Shown: positions 47,650-57,707 of the stretch, one piece after another | Layout of the letters: the number at the start of each line of letters is the position of its first letter | How positions within the stretch are numbered: the first letter of the stretch is position 1 | Assembly (NCBI GenBank): GCA_965226495.1 | Contig: OZ245365.1 | Location: forward strand, 3,040,001 to 3,104,000 | Source of the DNA: Candidatus Marinacidobacterales bacterium | GTDB taxonomy: Bacteria > Acidobacteriota > Vicinamibacteria > Marinacidobacterales > DATDRI01 | Direction: 5' to 3' | Length of the DNA stretch: 64,000 nt | Made by a program: the position numbers and the translations under genes | The notes under the pieces: generated by a model | Databases searched by the model: none | What the model was told of the DNA's origin: nothing | Seen by the model: the letters and a program-made list of their open reading frames with translations, nothing else

Positions 47650-48735
47650 ATGAAGAAGAAAGTCGAGACCGAAGCGAGTCATGGATTCAGCCGTCGAAAC
47701 CTCTTTCGTGCGGTTCTCGGAGGGACAATGGCTTCCGCCGTCTCGTCGGGCGCGTCGGGCGTCGAAGCGGCTCCGCCGACCGCGGAGGTTGGCGATCAAG
47801 GTATGTACGCGGTGATCACAGGGTCCGGCTCCGCGATGGCCGATCCCGAGCGAGGCAATGCCAGTGCCGCGGTGGTCGTGGACGGAACCGTTTTGCAGTT
47901 CGACTTCGGCCGGAAAACGATGGACAACTTGATGCGCGTCGGAATCAACCCGATCAACCTCGACTATATTTTCTTCACTCACCTCCATTTCGACCACATC
48001 GCCACCTACGACTATTTCATCATCTCGTCTTGGATCGCAGGGCGTAGGGACCCCTACAAGGTGTTCGGACCTCCGGGTACGGTCGCGATGTCGAACGGGG
48101 CGCTCCATCACATGCACGAAATGGACGTCCGGTTCGTGAAATATATCGTCGACACCTGGCCCAACATTGCCGAGGAGTCTCCGGTCGCGGAGCCTCCCGT
48201 CGAAGTCACGGACGCCGAACCAGGCCTGGTGGTAGAGACCGATGATTTCACGGTCACCTCGACCGCAACCCCGCACCTCAGTCCCCCCAACATGTACAGC
48301 AGGGGATATCGAGTCGATTCCAAGTACGGCTCGGTCGTCATCAGCGGAGACACCGCGCCTTCGGAAAATATGGTGGGTCTCGCCAAGGACGCCGACATCC
48401 TCATTCATGAGTGCGTGATTCCCGACTACGGCATGACAACCGCCGGCAAGTTTAGCCGCAAGGAATTCCACGTGAAGGAGACGAAGAATCAGCGCACCGG
48501 TCACACCTCGCCGACCGGCCTAGGGAAACTAGCGGAGCAGGCCGGGGTCAAGAAACTGGTGGCCTACCATCTCGCTCCGTACACCAGCGTGCCGGCCGCG
48601 GTGGAAATGTCCGAGAAGTACACCGGTCCGAACCCCGGTCCGGAGATCTGGTCAAAGTACATCCACGCCATGAAGAATCAGTACTCGGGCCCGGTCATCC
48701 TGGCGGAAGACGCGATGGTTCTCAAGGTTTCGTAA
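47650..48735 (+). CDS. Tat-exported MBL-fold metallohydrolase (RNase Z/AtsA-like)
   Basis: SRRNLF twin-Arg signal; THLHFDH, SGDT, HECV, GHTSP. Confidence 0.87.
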   Translation: MKKKVETEASHGFSRRNLFRAVLGGTMASAVSSGASGVEAAPPTAEVGDQGMYAVITGSGSAMADPERGNASAAVVVDGTVLQFDFGRKTMDNLMRVGINPINLDYIFFTHLHFDHIATYDYFIISSWIAGRRDPYKVFGPPGTVAMSNGALHHMHEMDVRFVKYIVDTWPNIAEESPVAEPPVEVTDAEPGLVVETDDFTVTSTATPHLSPPNMYSRGYRVDSKYGSVVISGDTAPSENMVGLAKDADILIHECVIPDYGMTTAGKFSRKEFHVKETKNQRTGHTSPTGLGKLAEQAGVKKLVAYHLAPYTSVPAAVEMSEKYTGPNPGPEIWSKYIHAMKNQYSGPVILAEDAMVLKVS

Positions 48736-48747
48736 GTGGGTTCCGAC

Positions 48748-49776
48748 ATGAACGGCTTTACTCGAAGAGGATTTTTCGGCGGCCTCTTGGTGGCGCCCGC
48801 CGCCTTCGGTCTCCAAAGCGCAAAAGCGGCGAAGAATATCGACTTGGAACGCCCCGGCATGCGGGCGTTGATCACCGGTTCGGGGTCGGCTCTCATCGAT
48901 CCGCTACGTGGCAACGCGAGCGTGGCGGTGATCGTCGACGGGACGGTCCTTCAGTTCGACTTCGGCCGTCGCGCCATGGACAACCTCGCGCTGGCGGGGA
49001 TCAATCCGGTGAACGTGGATTACATCTTTTTCACGCACCTCCACTTCGACCACATCGCGACTTACGACTACCACGTCATCTCTAGCTGGATCGCGGGACG
49101 TCAGACGCCCATTGAGGTTTTTGGCCCCACCGGCACGATCGATATGTCGGACAAGGCCATCTATGGAATGCACGCGGTGGACATCGTTTTCGTCGAGAAG
49201 CTCTTGGCCGGGTGGCCCAAGCGGCTCGCTCGCAGGCCACAGGATAAGCCACCGATCGATGTGCACGAAGTCGGAGCCGGAGTAGCGGTAGAGACGGATG
49301 CTTTCAAAATCACGGCGGTGGAAACGCCGCACTATCGATCGATGGGCGTTCTAAGCCTCGGCTATCGAATCGACTCCGAGCACGGATCGATCGTGGTGAG
49401 CGGAGACACCGCGCCCTCGGACGAGCTCGCCGAGCTCGCCAAAGGAGCAGATCTCCTCATTCATGAATGTGTGATTCCCGATCCCGGCATGACGAAGTCG
49501 GGCAAGTTCGCGGAGAAGCCTCCCGACGACGAACCGCCCGAGGGACACACGTCTCCCACCGAGCTCGCTCAGTTGGCTCAGCGGGCAGGGGTCAAGAAAC
49601 TGGTTGCCACTCACCTCGCACCGTATACGAGCGTCGACGCGGCAGTAGAAATGTCCAGCATGTACCTCGGCCCTCGTCTAGGCGAGGAAATCTGGGGAGA
49701 ATTCGCCCACGCGATGAGCCAGCAATACGATGGCCCAGTCGTTCTGGCCGAGGACGGGATGGTTTTCGAAATCTAG
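48748..49776 (+). CDS. Tat-exported MBL-fold metallohydrolase (RNase Z/AtsA-like)
   Basis: TRRGFF twin-Arg signal; THLHFDH, SGDT, HECV, GHTSP. Confidence 0.87.
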   Translation: MNGFTRRGFFGGLLVAPAAFGLQSAKAAKNIDLERPGMRALITGSGSALIDPLRGNASVAVIVDGTVLQFDFGRRAMDNLALAGINPVNVDYIFFTHLHFDHIATYDYHVISSWIAGRQTPIEVFGPTGTIDMSDKAIYGMHAVDIVFVEKLLAGWPKRLARRPQDKPPIDVHEVGAGVAVETDAFKITAVETPHYRSMGVLSLGYRIDSEHGSIVVSGDTAPSDELAELAKGADLLIHECVIPDPGMTKSGKFAEKPPDDEPPEGHTSPTELAQLAQRAGVKKLVATHLAPYTSVDAAVEMSSMYLGPRLGEEIWGEFAHAMSQQYDGPVVLAEDGMVFEI

Positions 49777-49786
49777 CGAGGTCGTC

Positions 49787-50521
49787 ATGAGCGCGAGCGA
49801 AGTCGGGACCGCCGTTGTCACCGGAGGCAGCAAAGGCATTGGAGCAGACATCGCGGAGCGGCTTCTGGAGCGAGGCTACCGCGTCGTCAATCTTTCCCAC
49901 ATACCGTCGACTTGGAATCACGATCGGCTCGAAACGATCGAGGTCGATCTATCGAACCTCAAGGCGACGCGCGAGACTGCCGCCGCGATCGCCGCGGAGA
50001 ATGACGTCACCGTCTTCGTGCACAACGCGGGAGTGATTCGGCCGGCGCTCCTCGAGAACGTCAAGCAAGAAGACCTCGATCACTTGGTGAGCTTGCACCT
50101 CGGTTCCGCGATAGCCCTTGCGCAGCAATTCCTGCCATCCATGCGAGCGAAGGAGTTCGGCCGCATCGTGCTCATTTCCTCTCGCGCCGCTCTCGGTTTG
50201 CCGACCCGGACCGCTTACTCTGCCACCAAGGCCGGTATGATCGGCTTGACCAGAACGTGGGCCCTGGAGCTCGCCAAGGACGGCATCACCGTGAACGCGA
50301 TCGCCCCAGGCCCGATCGAGACCGATCAGTTCCATGAGCTCATCCCACCCGACAGTCCGAAGAAACCTCAGATCGCCGCGAGCGTCCCGGTGGGGCGTCT
50401 CGGAACACCGGCCGACATTGGAAGGGTCGTCGACTTCCTTGTCGAACGGGAAAGTAGCTTTATCACCGGCCAGACGCTCTACGTCTGTGGCGGTGTGAGT
50501 CTAGGGGGCCTGACGCTCTAG
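49787..50521 (+). CDS. SDR family NAD(P)-dependent oxidoreductase
   Basis: TGGSKGIG, HNAG, YSATK, VNAIAPG, ITGQ; start ATG 49787. Confidence 0.92.
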   Translation: MSASEVGTAVVTGGSKGIGADIAERLLERGYRVVNLSHIPSTWNHDRLETIEVDLSNLKATRETAAAIAAENDVTVFVHNAGVIRPALLENVKQEDLDHLVSLHLGSAIALAQQFLPSMRAKEFGRIVLISSRAALGLPTRTAYSATKAGMIGLTRTWALELAKDGITVNAIAPGPIETDQFHELIPPDSPKKPQIAASVPVGRLGTPADIGRVVDFLVERESSFITGQTLYVCGGVSLGGLTL

Positions 50522-50563
50522 AATGACCCTCTAGGTGCTATAACCTCAGAAAGAGGGGTTGCC

Positions 50564-51919
50564 ATGAAGAAGTGCCTGCCTGTTTTTCTCTTTTTCGTTT
50601 TCTGCGCACACCCAGCCGGGAGTCAACAAGAAGCGCTGGTTATCGAGGATGTGACTCTCATCGATGGAACTGGGAAGCCTCCAGTGCAAAACGTCACCAT
50701 CGTCGTCGAAGGCGATCGGATTCGGTCCGTCGGGCGGGACGCCCCGGAAGTTCCTGCCGGCGCCCGCCGCATCAACGGCAAGGGCAAGTACGTCATCCCG
50801 GGTCTCATGGACACTCATATCCATCTCAAGGGAGGCCGATTGGGGCCCCACATGGAAGCCGACGAGGACGCTCCTCCCAACCAGCAGCACGCGCTGAGCG
50901 CTCTTCACGGTTACCTCAATGCGGGAGTCACTGCCATCTACGACGCCGGCAGCGATCCCGAATTCTTCTTCCCGTTCAGGGAGAAGGAGCGCTCAGGAGA
51001 GATCACTTCCCCCCGCATCTTCGGATCCGGGTTTGCCATATCGGCCCCCGGCGGTCACGCCGCACCGGTTCCCGTCACCGTCGAGAACTGGGCAACCGAT
51101 CGCAAGAAAGTCGATGAGGTCCTGGCCTGGAAGCCCGACCTCGTCAAGATCACTCAAGACGAGCACGGTTGGAACATGCGGCCGTATGGAAACTACATGC
51201 CGATCGACCTACTCGAGACGGTGATCCGCTACGTGAATGAGCATGGCATCCGTACCTGCATTCACACTTCCAACGAGCTCCGCACGTGGGAAGCCATCTA
51301 TGCCGGTGTGGATACGCTCGCCCATCCCGTCATTCAGGCCCCGGTAAGCGAGAAGTACCTGAACATGATGAAGGTCAAGAAAGTACCTCAAGTCTCGACA
51401 CTCACCATCGGCGATGGGTACCGGCGTCTGCTCGATGAGCCCGAGTTTCTCGATCAGCCTCTCTATCGAGCCACACTCGAGCCGCAAGAAATCGACCGGC
51501 TAAGGAACGAAGAAGCCAAGAAGCAAGCCGATCGACGTTGGGTGAAATGGATGCGCGTGATGAATCCCGTGGCCCAGGAAAACCTAAGAAGGCTCAACGA
51601 AACCGGCGGCATCGTTTCACTCGGAACCGATCAGGATATGGGGCCCGCGGTCCATAGGGAGCTCGAGCTTCTTGTCGAGGGCGGGATATCCCCTCTCGAC
51701 GCCATCAAGATCGGCACTTTGAACAACGCCATCTTCTTGGGCATGGAAGACGATCTGGGCACCATCGAGGCGGGGAAGCTCGCCGATCTCGTGATCCTGA
51801 ACGCCGATCCGACCAAAGACATCAATAACACCAAGCTCATCGATACGGTGATCAAGAATGGGCGGGTGATCGATCGGACCGCGCTACAGATTCCCGGTAA
51901 CGCAAAGGGAACCCGCTAA
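50564..51919 (+). CDS. Secreted amidohydrolase family protein
   Basis: Signal peptide; PGLMDTHIH, GGH, VKI, IH, AH, LGTD, GKLADL. Confidence 0.88.
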   Translation: MKKCLPVFLFFVFCAHPAGSQQEALVIEDVTLIDGTGKPPVQNVTIVVEGDRIRSVGRDAPEVPAGARRINGKGKYVIPGLMDTHIHLKGGRLGPHMEADEDAPPNQQHALSALHGYLNAGVTAIYDAGSDPEFFFPFREKERSGEITSPRIFGSGFAISAPGGHAAPVPVTVENWATDRKKVDEVLAWKPDLVKITQDEHGWNMRPYGNYMPIDLLETVIRYVNEHGIRTCIHTSNELRTWEAIYAGVDTLAHPVIQAPVSEKYLNMMKVKKVPQVSTLTIGDGYRRLLDEPEFLDQPLYRATLEPQEIDRLRNEEAKKQADRRWVKWMRVMNPVAQENLRRLNETGGIVSLGTDQDMGPAVHRELELLVEGGISPLDAIKIGTLNNAIFLGMEDDLGTIEAGKLADLVILNADPTKDINNTKLIDTVIKNGRVIDRTALQIPGNAKGTR

Positions 51920-51938
51920 CCTCCCAAGGATTATAGAG

Positions 51939-51995
51939 ATCGAAGCAGGTAAACAGGCGGATCTGCTGATTCTGGACGCCGATCCGATCGTCGAC
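51939..51995 (+). pseudogene. 19-codon remnant of an amidohydrolase C-terminus
   Basis: Translates IEAGKQADLLILDADPIVD (compare LEAGKLADLLILDADPLED in 22316-23770). Confidence 0.65.
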
Positions 51996-52107
51996 AGTAA
52001 TGTCGACAGTAATAATGTTAAGCTTGCACATCGGCCAACGCCAGCGGTACACAGTAGACAAGATCGATAATCGGATATGATTACGCTTTAGACGGTTAGG
52101 AATCCGT

Positions 52108-54864
52108 GTGCCGAAGAAAAAAAACCTCAGCTTTAAAGTGAATGGTCAGACCGAGACGCTCGAAGTCTCTTCACGCACCCGACTCCTCGACGCTCTGCGG
52201 CTAGGACTCGGACTCACCGGCACCAAGGAAGGGTGCGGCACCGGAGACTGTGGCACCTGCACCGTTCTCCTCGACGGGCGTCCCGTCAATTCCTGCTTGG
52301 TCATGGCGCTCCAATCCGAGGGTCGCGAAGTCACCACCGTCGAAGGCCTGGGAACGCGCGGCCGGCTCGATCCGATTCAAGACGCGATGGTGCAGTGCGG
52401 CGGTATCCAATGCGGTTTCTGTACTCCCGGCATGGTGATGTCGCTGAAAGGGTTGATGGCGAGAAACCCCCAACCGACCGAGGAAGAAGTTCGCGTCGCC
52501 ATCTCGGGGAATCTCTGTCGTTGTACCGGCTACAGCAAGATTCTCGAGGCCGCCCAAAGCGTGGTCGACGGCGTGAGGCCCGACAAGCCCGATGGCACTA
52601 TCGGGTCGCGTTTCGTTCGCACCGACACGGTAGAGAAAGTCACCGGCCGGGCCGTCTACGCCGAAGATATCCAACTTCCGAAAATGATCTACGGCGTGGT
52701 GGTGCGGAGCCCTTATCCCCACGCGCGTATCCTTTCCATCGACACGTCCGAAGCGAAAGAGATTCCCGGAGTCAAAGCGGTCGTCACCGGCCGCGATTTC
52801 GAGATGGGTTTTTACGGCATCGACCTACAAGACCAGCAGATCTTCGCGCTGGACAAAGCGCGATTCCTCGGCGAACCGGTGGCGGCGGTAGCGGCGTCGA
52901 CACTAGATCTCGCGCGCGAGGCTGCGGACAAGGTCCAAATCGAGTACGAAGAGCTCCCCGCGGTTTTCGATACGGAAGAAGCGATTGCCGCAGAGGCCCC
53001 TCTGGTTCATCTCGACGTGAACGAATACGAGCACAATTGGAAATCGGAACGGACCGGGAATCTCTGCTACCAAACGTGGATCGGTCACGGCGATGTCGAC
53101 AAAGGGTTTGCGGAGTCGGACTTCGTCGTAGAGGGAACGTACCGCACCCCGGTCGCTCACCCCGGTGCCATCGAACCGCATAGCGCGACCGCCGAGGTGG
53201 ATCCTTCCGGTCGGGTCACCGTTTGGACCACGACGCAGAAGCCGTTTGCGGTTCGGGCCTACCTCGCTCGTGCGTTCAAACGGCCGGTGAACGATTTCAA
53301 GGTCGTACAAACCCATATCGGCGGCGGCTTCGGTGGCAAAGTCGTCCTTTGTCTCGAGCCTTACGCGGTCACCCTGGCCGAGCGGGCCGGCGTTCCGGTG
53401 CAGATGACATTGACGCGCGAAGAAGAGATGTCGACCACGACGCTCCGGCACCCGGCAAGAGTTCGTCTCGAGACCGGCGTTAAGCGCGATGGCACGTTGG
53501 TGGCGCATCGGGCGCGGATCCTATTCGATACCGGCGCCTACTCCGGCGACGGCCCGACGGCGGGGGCGCTTGCGACGCTGATGGCCACCGGCCCCTATCG
53601 ATTCGAGCACGTCGACGTGACCGCGCTGGTTACATACACCAACAACATTCCCTGCGGTTCTTGCCGATGCCCAGCCGGACCGCAAATGGCGTTCGCGGTC
53701 GAGACCCACTTGGAAAAGATCGCTCGGCGGCTAGGCATGGACAGTCTAGAGTTTCGTCTCAAGAATGCCTGGGTAGACGGAGACTACACGCACACCGGCC
53801 AGGAGCTCACGTCGGTGAGCGTCAAGGAGTGCCTCGAGAAGGCCGCTGGGGCAATCGACTGGGGCACACCTCGAGCGCCGGGAGTCGGTCGAGGCTTGGC
53901 CTGTAATTGGTGGGTCAGTGGAACCTGGGCGACATCGACCCTGATGGAGACCAACGAGGACGGCACCTTTCGTCTTGTCTCAGGTGGTGTCGACATGGGA
54001 ACGGGCGCCATGGGAACGAGCGTGTTGCAGATGGCGGCCGCAGGGCTCGGCGTGTCTCCCGAATCTATCCAACTCGTTCGCGGCGACACCGACACGCTTC
54101 CCTGGGATCACGGACACGGAGGGAGCCGAATGGCCTTCACGGTAGGGCGTTCGGCATACGAAGCGGCTCTGGACCTCAGGAAACAGCTGCTGGATGAAGC
54201 GGCGGGTGTGCTAGAAGCACACGCGGACGCGCTCGAGATTGAGGGTGACAACATCCGAGTCCGAGAGGAGCCAGAGCGTTCGGTTTCATTGGCCCGCATC
54301 TGCTATCGACGGCACAAGAAACATGGAGGCCCTTTAATCGGGAAATCTTCGTTGCTACTCGAGCCTCCCCCGACCGAGCGGACCCGACACCGCGATCATC
54401 CGTATCCCGCGTTTCCCGCGCCCAGCTTCTGCGCGCATGCCGTCGAGCTCGTGGTGGACGACGAGACCGGCGAAATCACCGTGAAGCGCTATTCGGCGGC
54501 ACACGACGTGGGGAGAGCGATCAACCCCACTGCGTGCGAAGGCCAGATCGAGGGTGGCGTGTCCATGGGGCTCGGGTTGGCGCTATCGGAAGAGATTCGA
54601 GAAGAGAACGGGAAGGTGCTCAATCCGAATTTCGCGGACTACCTACTTGTGACCGCGGAGGACATGCCGCCCACGCAAACGTTCTTGGTGGAAAAACCCG
54701 CCGTCGAAGGCCCGTTCGGAGCCAAGGGTGTTGGCGAGCCGCCCGCCGCTCCACCGACCGGAGCGGTCGCCAACGCGCTCACCGATGCGTTGGGCGTCGA
54801 TGTCGTTCGGCTTCCTCTTCATTCCGAAGAGGTCGTGTCTCTCATTAGGACGCGCCGTTCCTGA
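52108..54864 (+). CDS. Fused (2Fe-2S)+molybdopterin-binding xanthine dehydrogenase/aldehyde oxidoreductase family subunit (copy 1)
   Basis: GCGTGDCGTC, QCGFCTPG, NLCRCTGY, GGGFGGK, DMGTG, GQIEGG, AKGVGEP. Confidence 0.92.
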   Translation: MPKKKNLSFKVNGQTETLEVSSRTRLLDALRLGLGLTGTKEGCGTGDCGTCTVLLDGRPVNSCLVMALQSEGREVTTVEGLGTRGRLDPIQDAMVQCGGIQCGFCTPGMVMSLKGLMARNPQPTEEEVRVAISGNLCRCTGYSKILEAAQSVVDGVRPDKPDGTIGSRFVRTDTVEKVTGRAVYAEDIQLPKMIYGVVVRSPYPHARILSIDTSEAKEIPGVKAVVTGRDFEMGFYGIDLQDQQIFALDKARFLGEPVAAVAASTLDLAREAADKVQIEYEELPAVFDTEEAIAAEAPLVHLDVNEYEHNWKSERTGNLCYQTWIGHGDVDKGFAESDFVVEGTYRTPVAHPGAIEPHSATAEVDPSGRVTVWTTTQKPFAVRAYLARAFKRPVNDFKVVQTHIGGGFGGKVVLCLEPYAVTLAERAGVPVQMTLTREEEMSTTTLRHPARVRLETGVKRDGTLVAHRARILFDTGAYSGDGPTAGALATLMATGPYRFEHVDVTALVTYTNNIPCGSCRCPAGPQMAFAVETHLEKIARRLGMDSLEFRLKNAWVDGDYTHTGQELTSVSVKECLEKAAGAIDWGTPRAPGVGRGLACNWWVSGTWATSTLMETNEDGTFRLVSGGVDMGTGAMGTSVLQMAAAGLGVSPESIQLVRGDTDTLPWDHGHGGSRMAFTVGRSAYEAALDLRKQLLDEAAGVLEAHADALEIEGDNIRVREEPERSVSLARICYRRHKKHGGPLIGKSSLLLEPPPTERTRHRDHPYPAFPAPSFCAHAVELVVDDETGEITVKRYSAAHDVGRAINPTACEGQIEGGVSMGLGLALSEEIREENGKVLNPNFADYLLVTAEDMPPTQTFLVEKPAVEGPFGAKGVGEPPAAPPTGAVANALTDALGVDVVRLPLHSEEVVSLIRTRRS

Positions 54865-54923
54865 GCCCGCGGCAGCATCATTTGGGGTTGCCCCGCGTCT
54901 GACATAGTAGAATAATTCCAACC

Positions 54924-57707
54924 ATGAAAAAGACTCTGAACTTCACGGTCAACGATCAACCCGAAACGATTGACGTCACTCCCCGGACCCGTCTGCTCGA
55001 TGCACTCCGAGTCGACATGGGCCTGACCGGCACGAAAGAAGGATGCGGCACCGGCGACTGCGGGAGCTGTACGGTGCTCTTGGATGGCAAGGCCGTGAAT
55101 TCATGCATGGTTTTGGCGCTCCAAGCCGAAGGAAGAAACATCACCACCATCGAGGACTTGGGAAAACCGGGTACTCTCCACCCGATCCAGCAAGCCATGG
55201 TGCAGTGCGGCGGCATCCAGTGTGGGTTTTGCACCCCAGGGATGGTGCTTTCGCTGAAGGCGCTTCTTGATGAGAATCCCCGCCCGGACGAGAAAGAGAT
55301 CCGCGTCGCCATCTCGAGCAACCTTTGCCGGTGCACCGGCTATAGCAAGATCCTCGATGCCGCGAAGGCGGTGGTCGACCGAGCGGCAACCCCGGGAGCC
55401 GCATCCTCTGGCAACGGCAATGCCAAACCTGAGGATGGCTCGATTGGATCGCGCATGGTGCGAACCGACGCCGCGGAGAAAGTGACCGGACGCGCGGTCT
55501 ATGCCGAAGACATTCGGCTCCCGCGCATGATTTACGGTGTGCTGGTTCGCAGCCCCCACGCGCACGCGGAGATCCTCTCCATCGATACCTCCGAGGCGGA
55601 GAAGTTGCCAGGGGTCAAGGCGGTGGTCACCGGCCACGATGTCGAGATGGGTTACTACGGAATCGATCTTCAGGATCAGCAAATATTTGCGTTGGAGAAA
55701 GCGCGTTTTCTGGGCGAGCCCGTAGCCGCTGTTGCGGCGACGACGCCCGACATCGCGCGGGAAGCGGCTTCGAAGGTGAAGGTAGAATACCAGGAGCTGC
55801 CGGGGGTCTTCGACGCAGAGGAAGCGATCGCCTCGGACGCGCCACTCGTGCACGACGACGTCAACACCTATGAGCACAATTGGGAGTCGGACCGGAAGGG
55901 AAACCTTTGCTTCCAAGCGTGGGTCGGAGAGGGTGACGTCGAAAAAGGATTCGCCGAGTCAGATCACGTGATCGAAGGCACCTACTACTCACCGGTGGCG
56001 CACCCCGGCTCTATCGAACCGCACAGCTCGACGGCCATGGTGGATCCCTCAGGACGGATCACGGTGTGGACCACCAACCAAAAGCCCTTCGCGGTCCGAA
56101 GTTATCTGGCCCGTGCGTTCAAGCGACCGGTGAATTCGTTCAAGATCGTTCCGACCCACATCGGCGGAGGCTTCGGCGGCAAATTGGTCCTTTGTCTCGA
56201 GCCCTACGCGGTGATACTCGCGGAGCGGTCCGGACTTCCGGTGCAAATGACCTTGACACGCGAGGAGGAGATGGCGACCACGACGCTTCGCCATTCGGCC
56301 AAGGTCGAGCTCAAGACCGGCGTCAAGAAGGACGGCACCTTGGTGGCTCATCGGGCGCGCCTTTTGTTCAATACCGGCGCTTACTCCGGTGACGGCCCTA
56401 CCGCAACGGCGCTCGCAACTTTGATGGCCACTGGCCCCTATCGATTCCCGAACTTGGACATCACGGGCCTCGTGTCGTACACGAACAATGTTCCCTGTGG
56501 TTCCTGCCGGTGTCCGGCCGGGCCGCAGATGGCCTTCGCGGTAGAAACGCACCTCGAGAAGGTGGCACGCGCCATCGATATGGACAGCCTGAAGTTCCGC
56601 CTCAAAAACGCGTGGGAAGACGGTGACACGACGTGCACCGGACAGGCCCTGGACTCGGTCAGCGTGAAGGAGTGCCTGCAAAAAGCGGCGGATGGCGTGG
56701 AGTGGGACAAGCCGCGTGCGCCCGGCGTCGGAAAAGGACTGGCTTGCAACTGGTGGGTCAGCGGAACTTGGGGTACTTCCACGCTAGTAGAAACGAACGA
56801 AGACGGCACCTTCCGTCTCCTCTCGGGTGGTGTCGACATGGGCACCGGTGCTATGACCACGAGTGTGCTGCAAATGGCGGCAGCCGGTCTCGGCGTGCCC
56901 CCCGAGTCGATTCAGCTCGTTCGGGGTGATACCGACACGCTCCCCTGGGATCATGGGCACGGCGGCAGCCGTATGGCGTTCACCGTCGCGCGGTCGGCCT
57001 ATGAAGCCGCTGAAGATCTCAAAGATCAGTTGCTCCAAGAGGGTGCGCACCAGCTCGAGGCTTCGATCGACGAGCTGGCCCTCGAGGGCGATCGTATTTT
57101 CGTCCGCGAGGATCCGTCGCGCTCGGTGCCTCTGTCGAAGATTTGCTACTACCGTCACAAGAAACACGGGGGGCCGTTGATCGGTCGCTCGTCGATCCTG
57201 GACGACCCCCCTCCGACGCCAAAGGGACGACACCGTTTCCATCCTTATCCGGCCATGCCGGCACCGAGCTTCTGCGCCCATGCGGTGGAGCTCGCGGTGG
57301 ACGACGAGACCGGCGAGGTTTCCGTGACGCGCTACGCGGCCGCTCACGATGTGGGCAAAGCCATCAACCCCACGAGTTGTGAAGGGCAGATCGAAGGCGG
57401 CGTCGCCATGGGACTCGGGCTCGCGTTGATGGAGGAACTGCGCGAAGTAAACGGGAAGGTCCTGAATCCAACCCTCGCCGACTATCTTCTTCTGACCGCC
57501 GAGGATATGCCTCCCATGAAAACAATTTTGGTCGAGAAACCCGCGACCGAGGGACCGGTCGGGGCCAAAGGAGTCGGTGAGCCACCCATTGCGCCGCCCA
57601 CCGGTGCGGTTGCCAACGCACTGACGGAGGTGCTGGATGTCAACGTCGATCGCCTTCCGCTGACTCCTGAAGAGGTCTCGACACTCATCGGAGCACGAAA
57701 ATCATGA
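54924..57707 (+). CDS. Fused (2Fe-2S)+molybdopterin-binding subunit (copy 2, tandem paralog)
   Basis: Same motifs; highly similar to copy 1. Confidence 0.92.
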   Translation: MKKTLNFTVNDQPETIDVTPRTRLLDALRVDMGLTGTKEGCGTGDCGSCTVLLDGKAVNSCMVLALQAEGRNITTIEDLGKPGTLHPIQQAMVQCGGIQCGFCTPGMVLSLKALLDENPRPDEKEIRVAISSNLCRCTGYSKILDAAKAVVDRAATPGAASSGNGNAKPEDGSIGSRMVRTDAAEKVTGRAVYAEDIRLPRMIYGVLVRSPHAHAEILSIDTSEAEKLPGVKAVVTGHDVEMGYYGIDLQDQQIFALEKARFLGEPVAAVAATTPDIAREAASKVKVEYQELPGVFDAEEAIASDAPLVHDDVNTYEHNWESDRKGNLCFQAWVGEGDVEKGFAESDHVIEGTYYSPVAHPGSIEPHSSTAMVDPSGRITVWTTNQKPFAVRSYLARAFKRPVNSFKIVPTHIGGGFGGKLVLCLEPYAVILAERSGLPVQMTLTREEEMATTTLRHSAKVELKTGVKKDGTLVAHRARLLFNTGAYSGDGPTATALATLMATGPYRFPNLDITGLVSYTNNVPCGSCRCPAGPQMAFAVETHLEKVARAIDMDSLKFRLKNAWEDGDTTCTGQALDSVSVKECLQKAADGVEWDKPRAPGVGKGLACNWWVSGTWGTSTLVETNEDGTFRLLSGGVDMGTGAMTTSVLQMAAAGLGVPPESIQLVRGDTDTLPWDHGHGGSRMAFTVARSAYEAAEDLKDQLLQEGAHQLEASIDELALEGDRIFVREDPSRSVPLSKICYYRHKKHGGPLIGRSSILDDPPPTPKGRHRFHPYPAMPAPSFCAHAVELAVDDETGEVSVTRYAAAHDVGKAINPTSCEGQIEGGVAMGLGLALMEELREVNGKVLNPTLADYLLLTAEDMPPMKTILVEKPATEGPVGAKGVGEPPIAPPTGAVANALTEVLDVNVDRLPLTPEEVSTLIGARKS

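Noticed and set aside
46659-49776. Metallo-beta-lactamases or housekeeping RNase Z
   Set aside because: Motifs are RNase Z/AtsA-type, not B1-B3; four paralogs, Tat signals and catabolic context argue against tRNA processing
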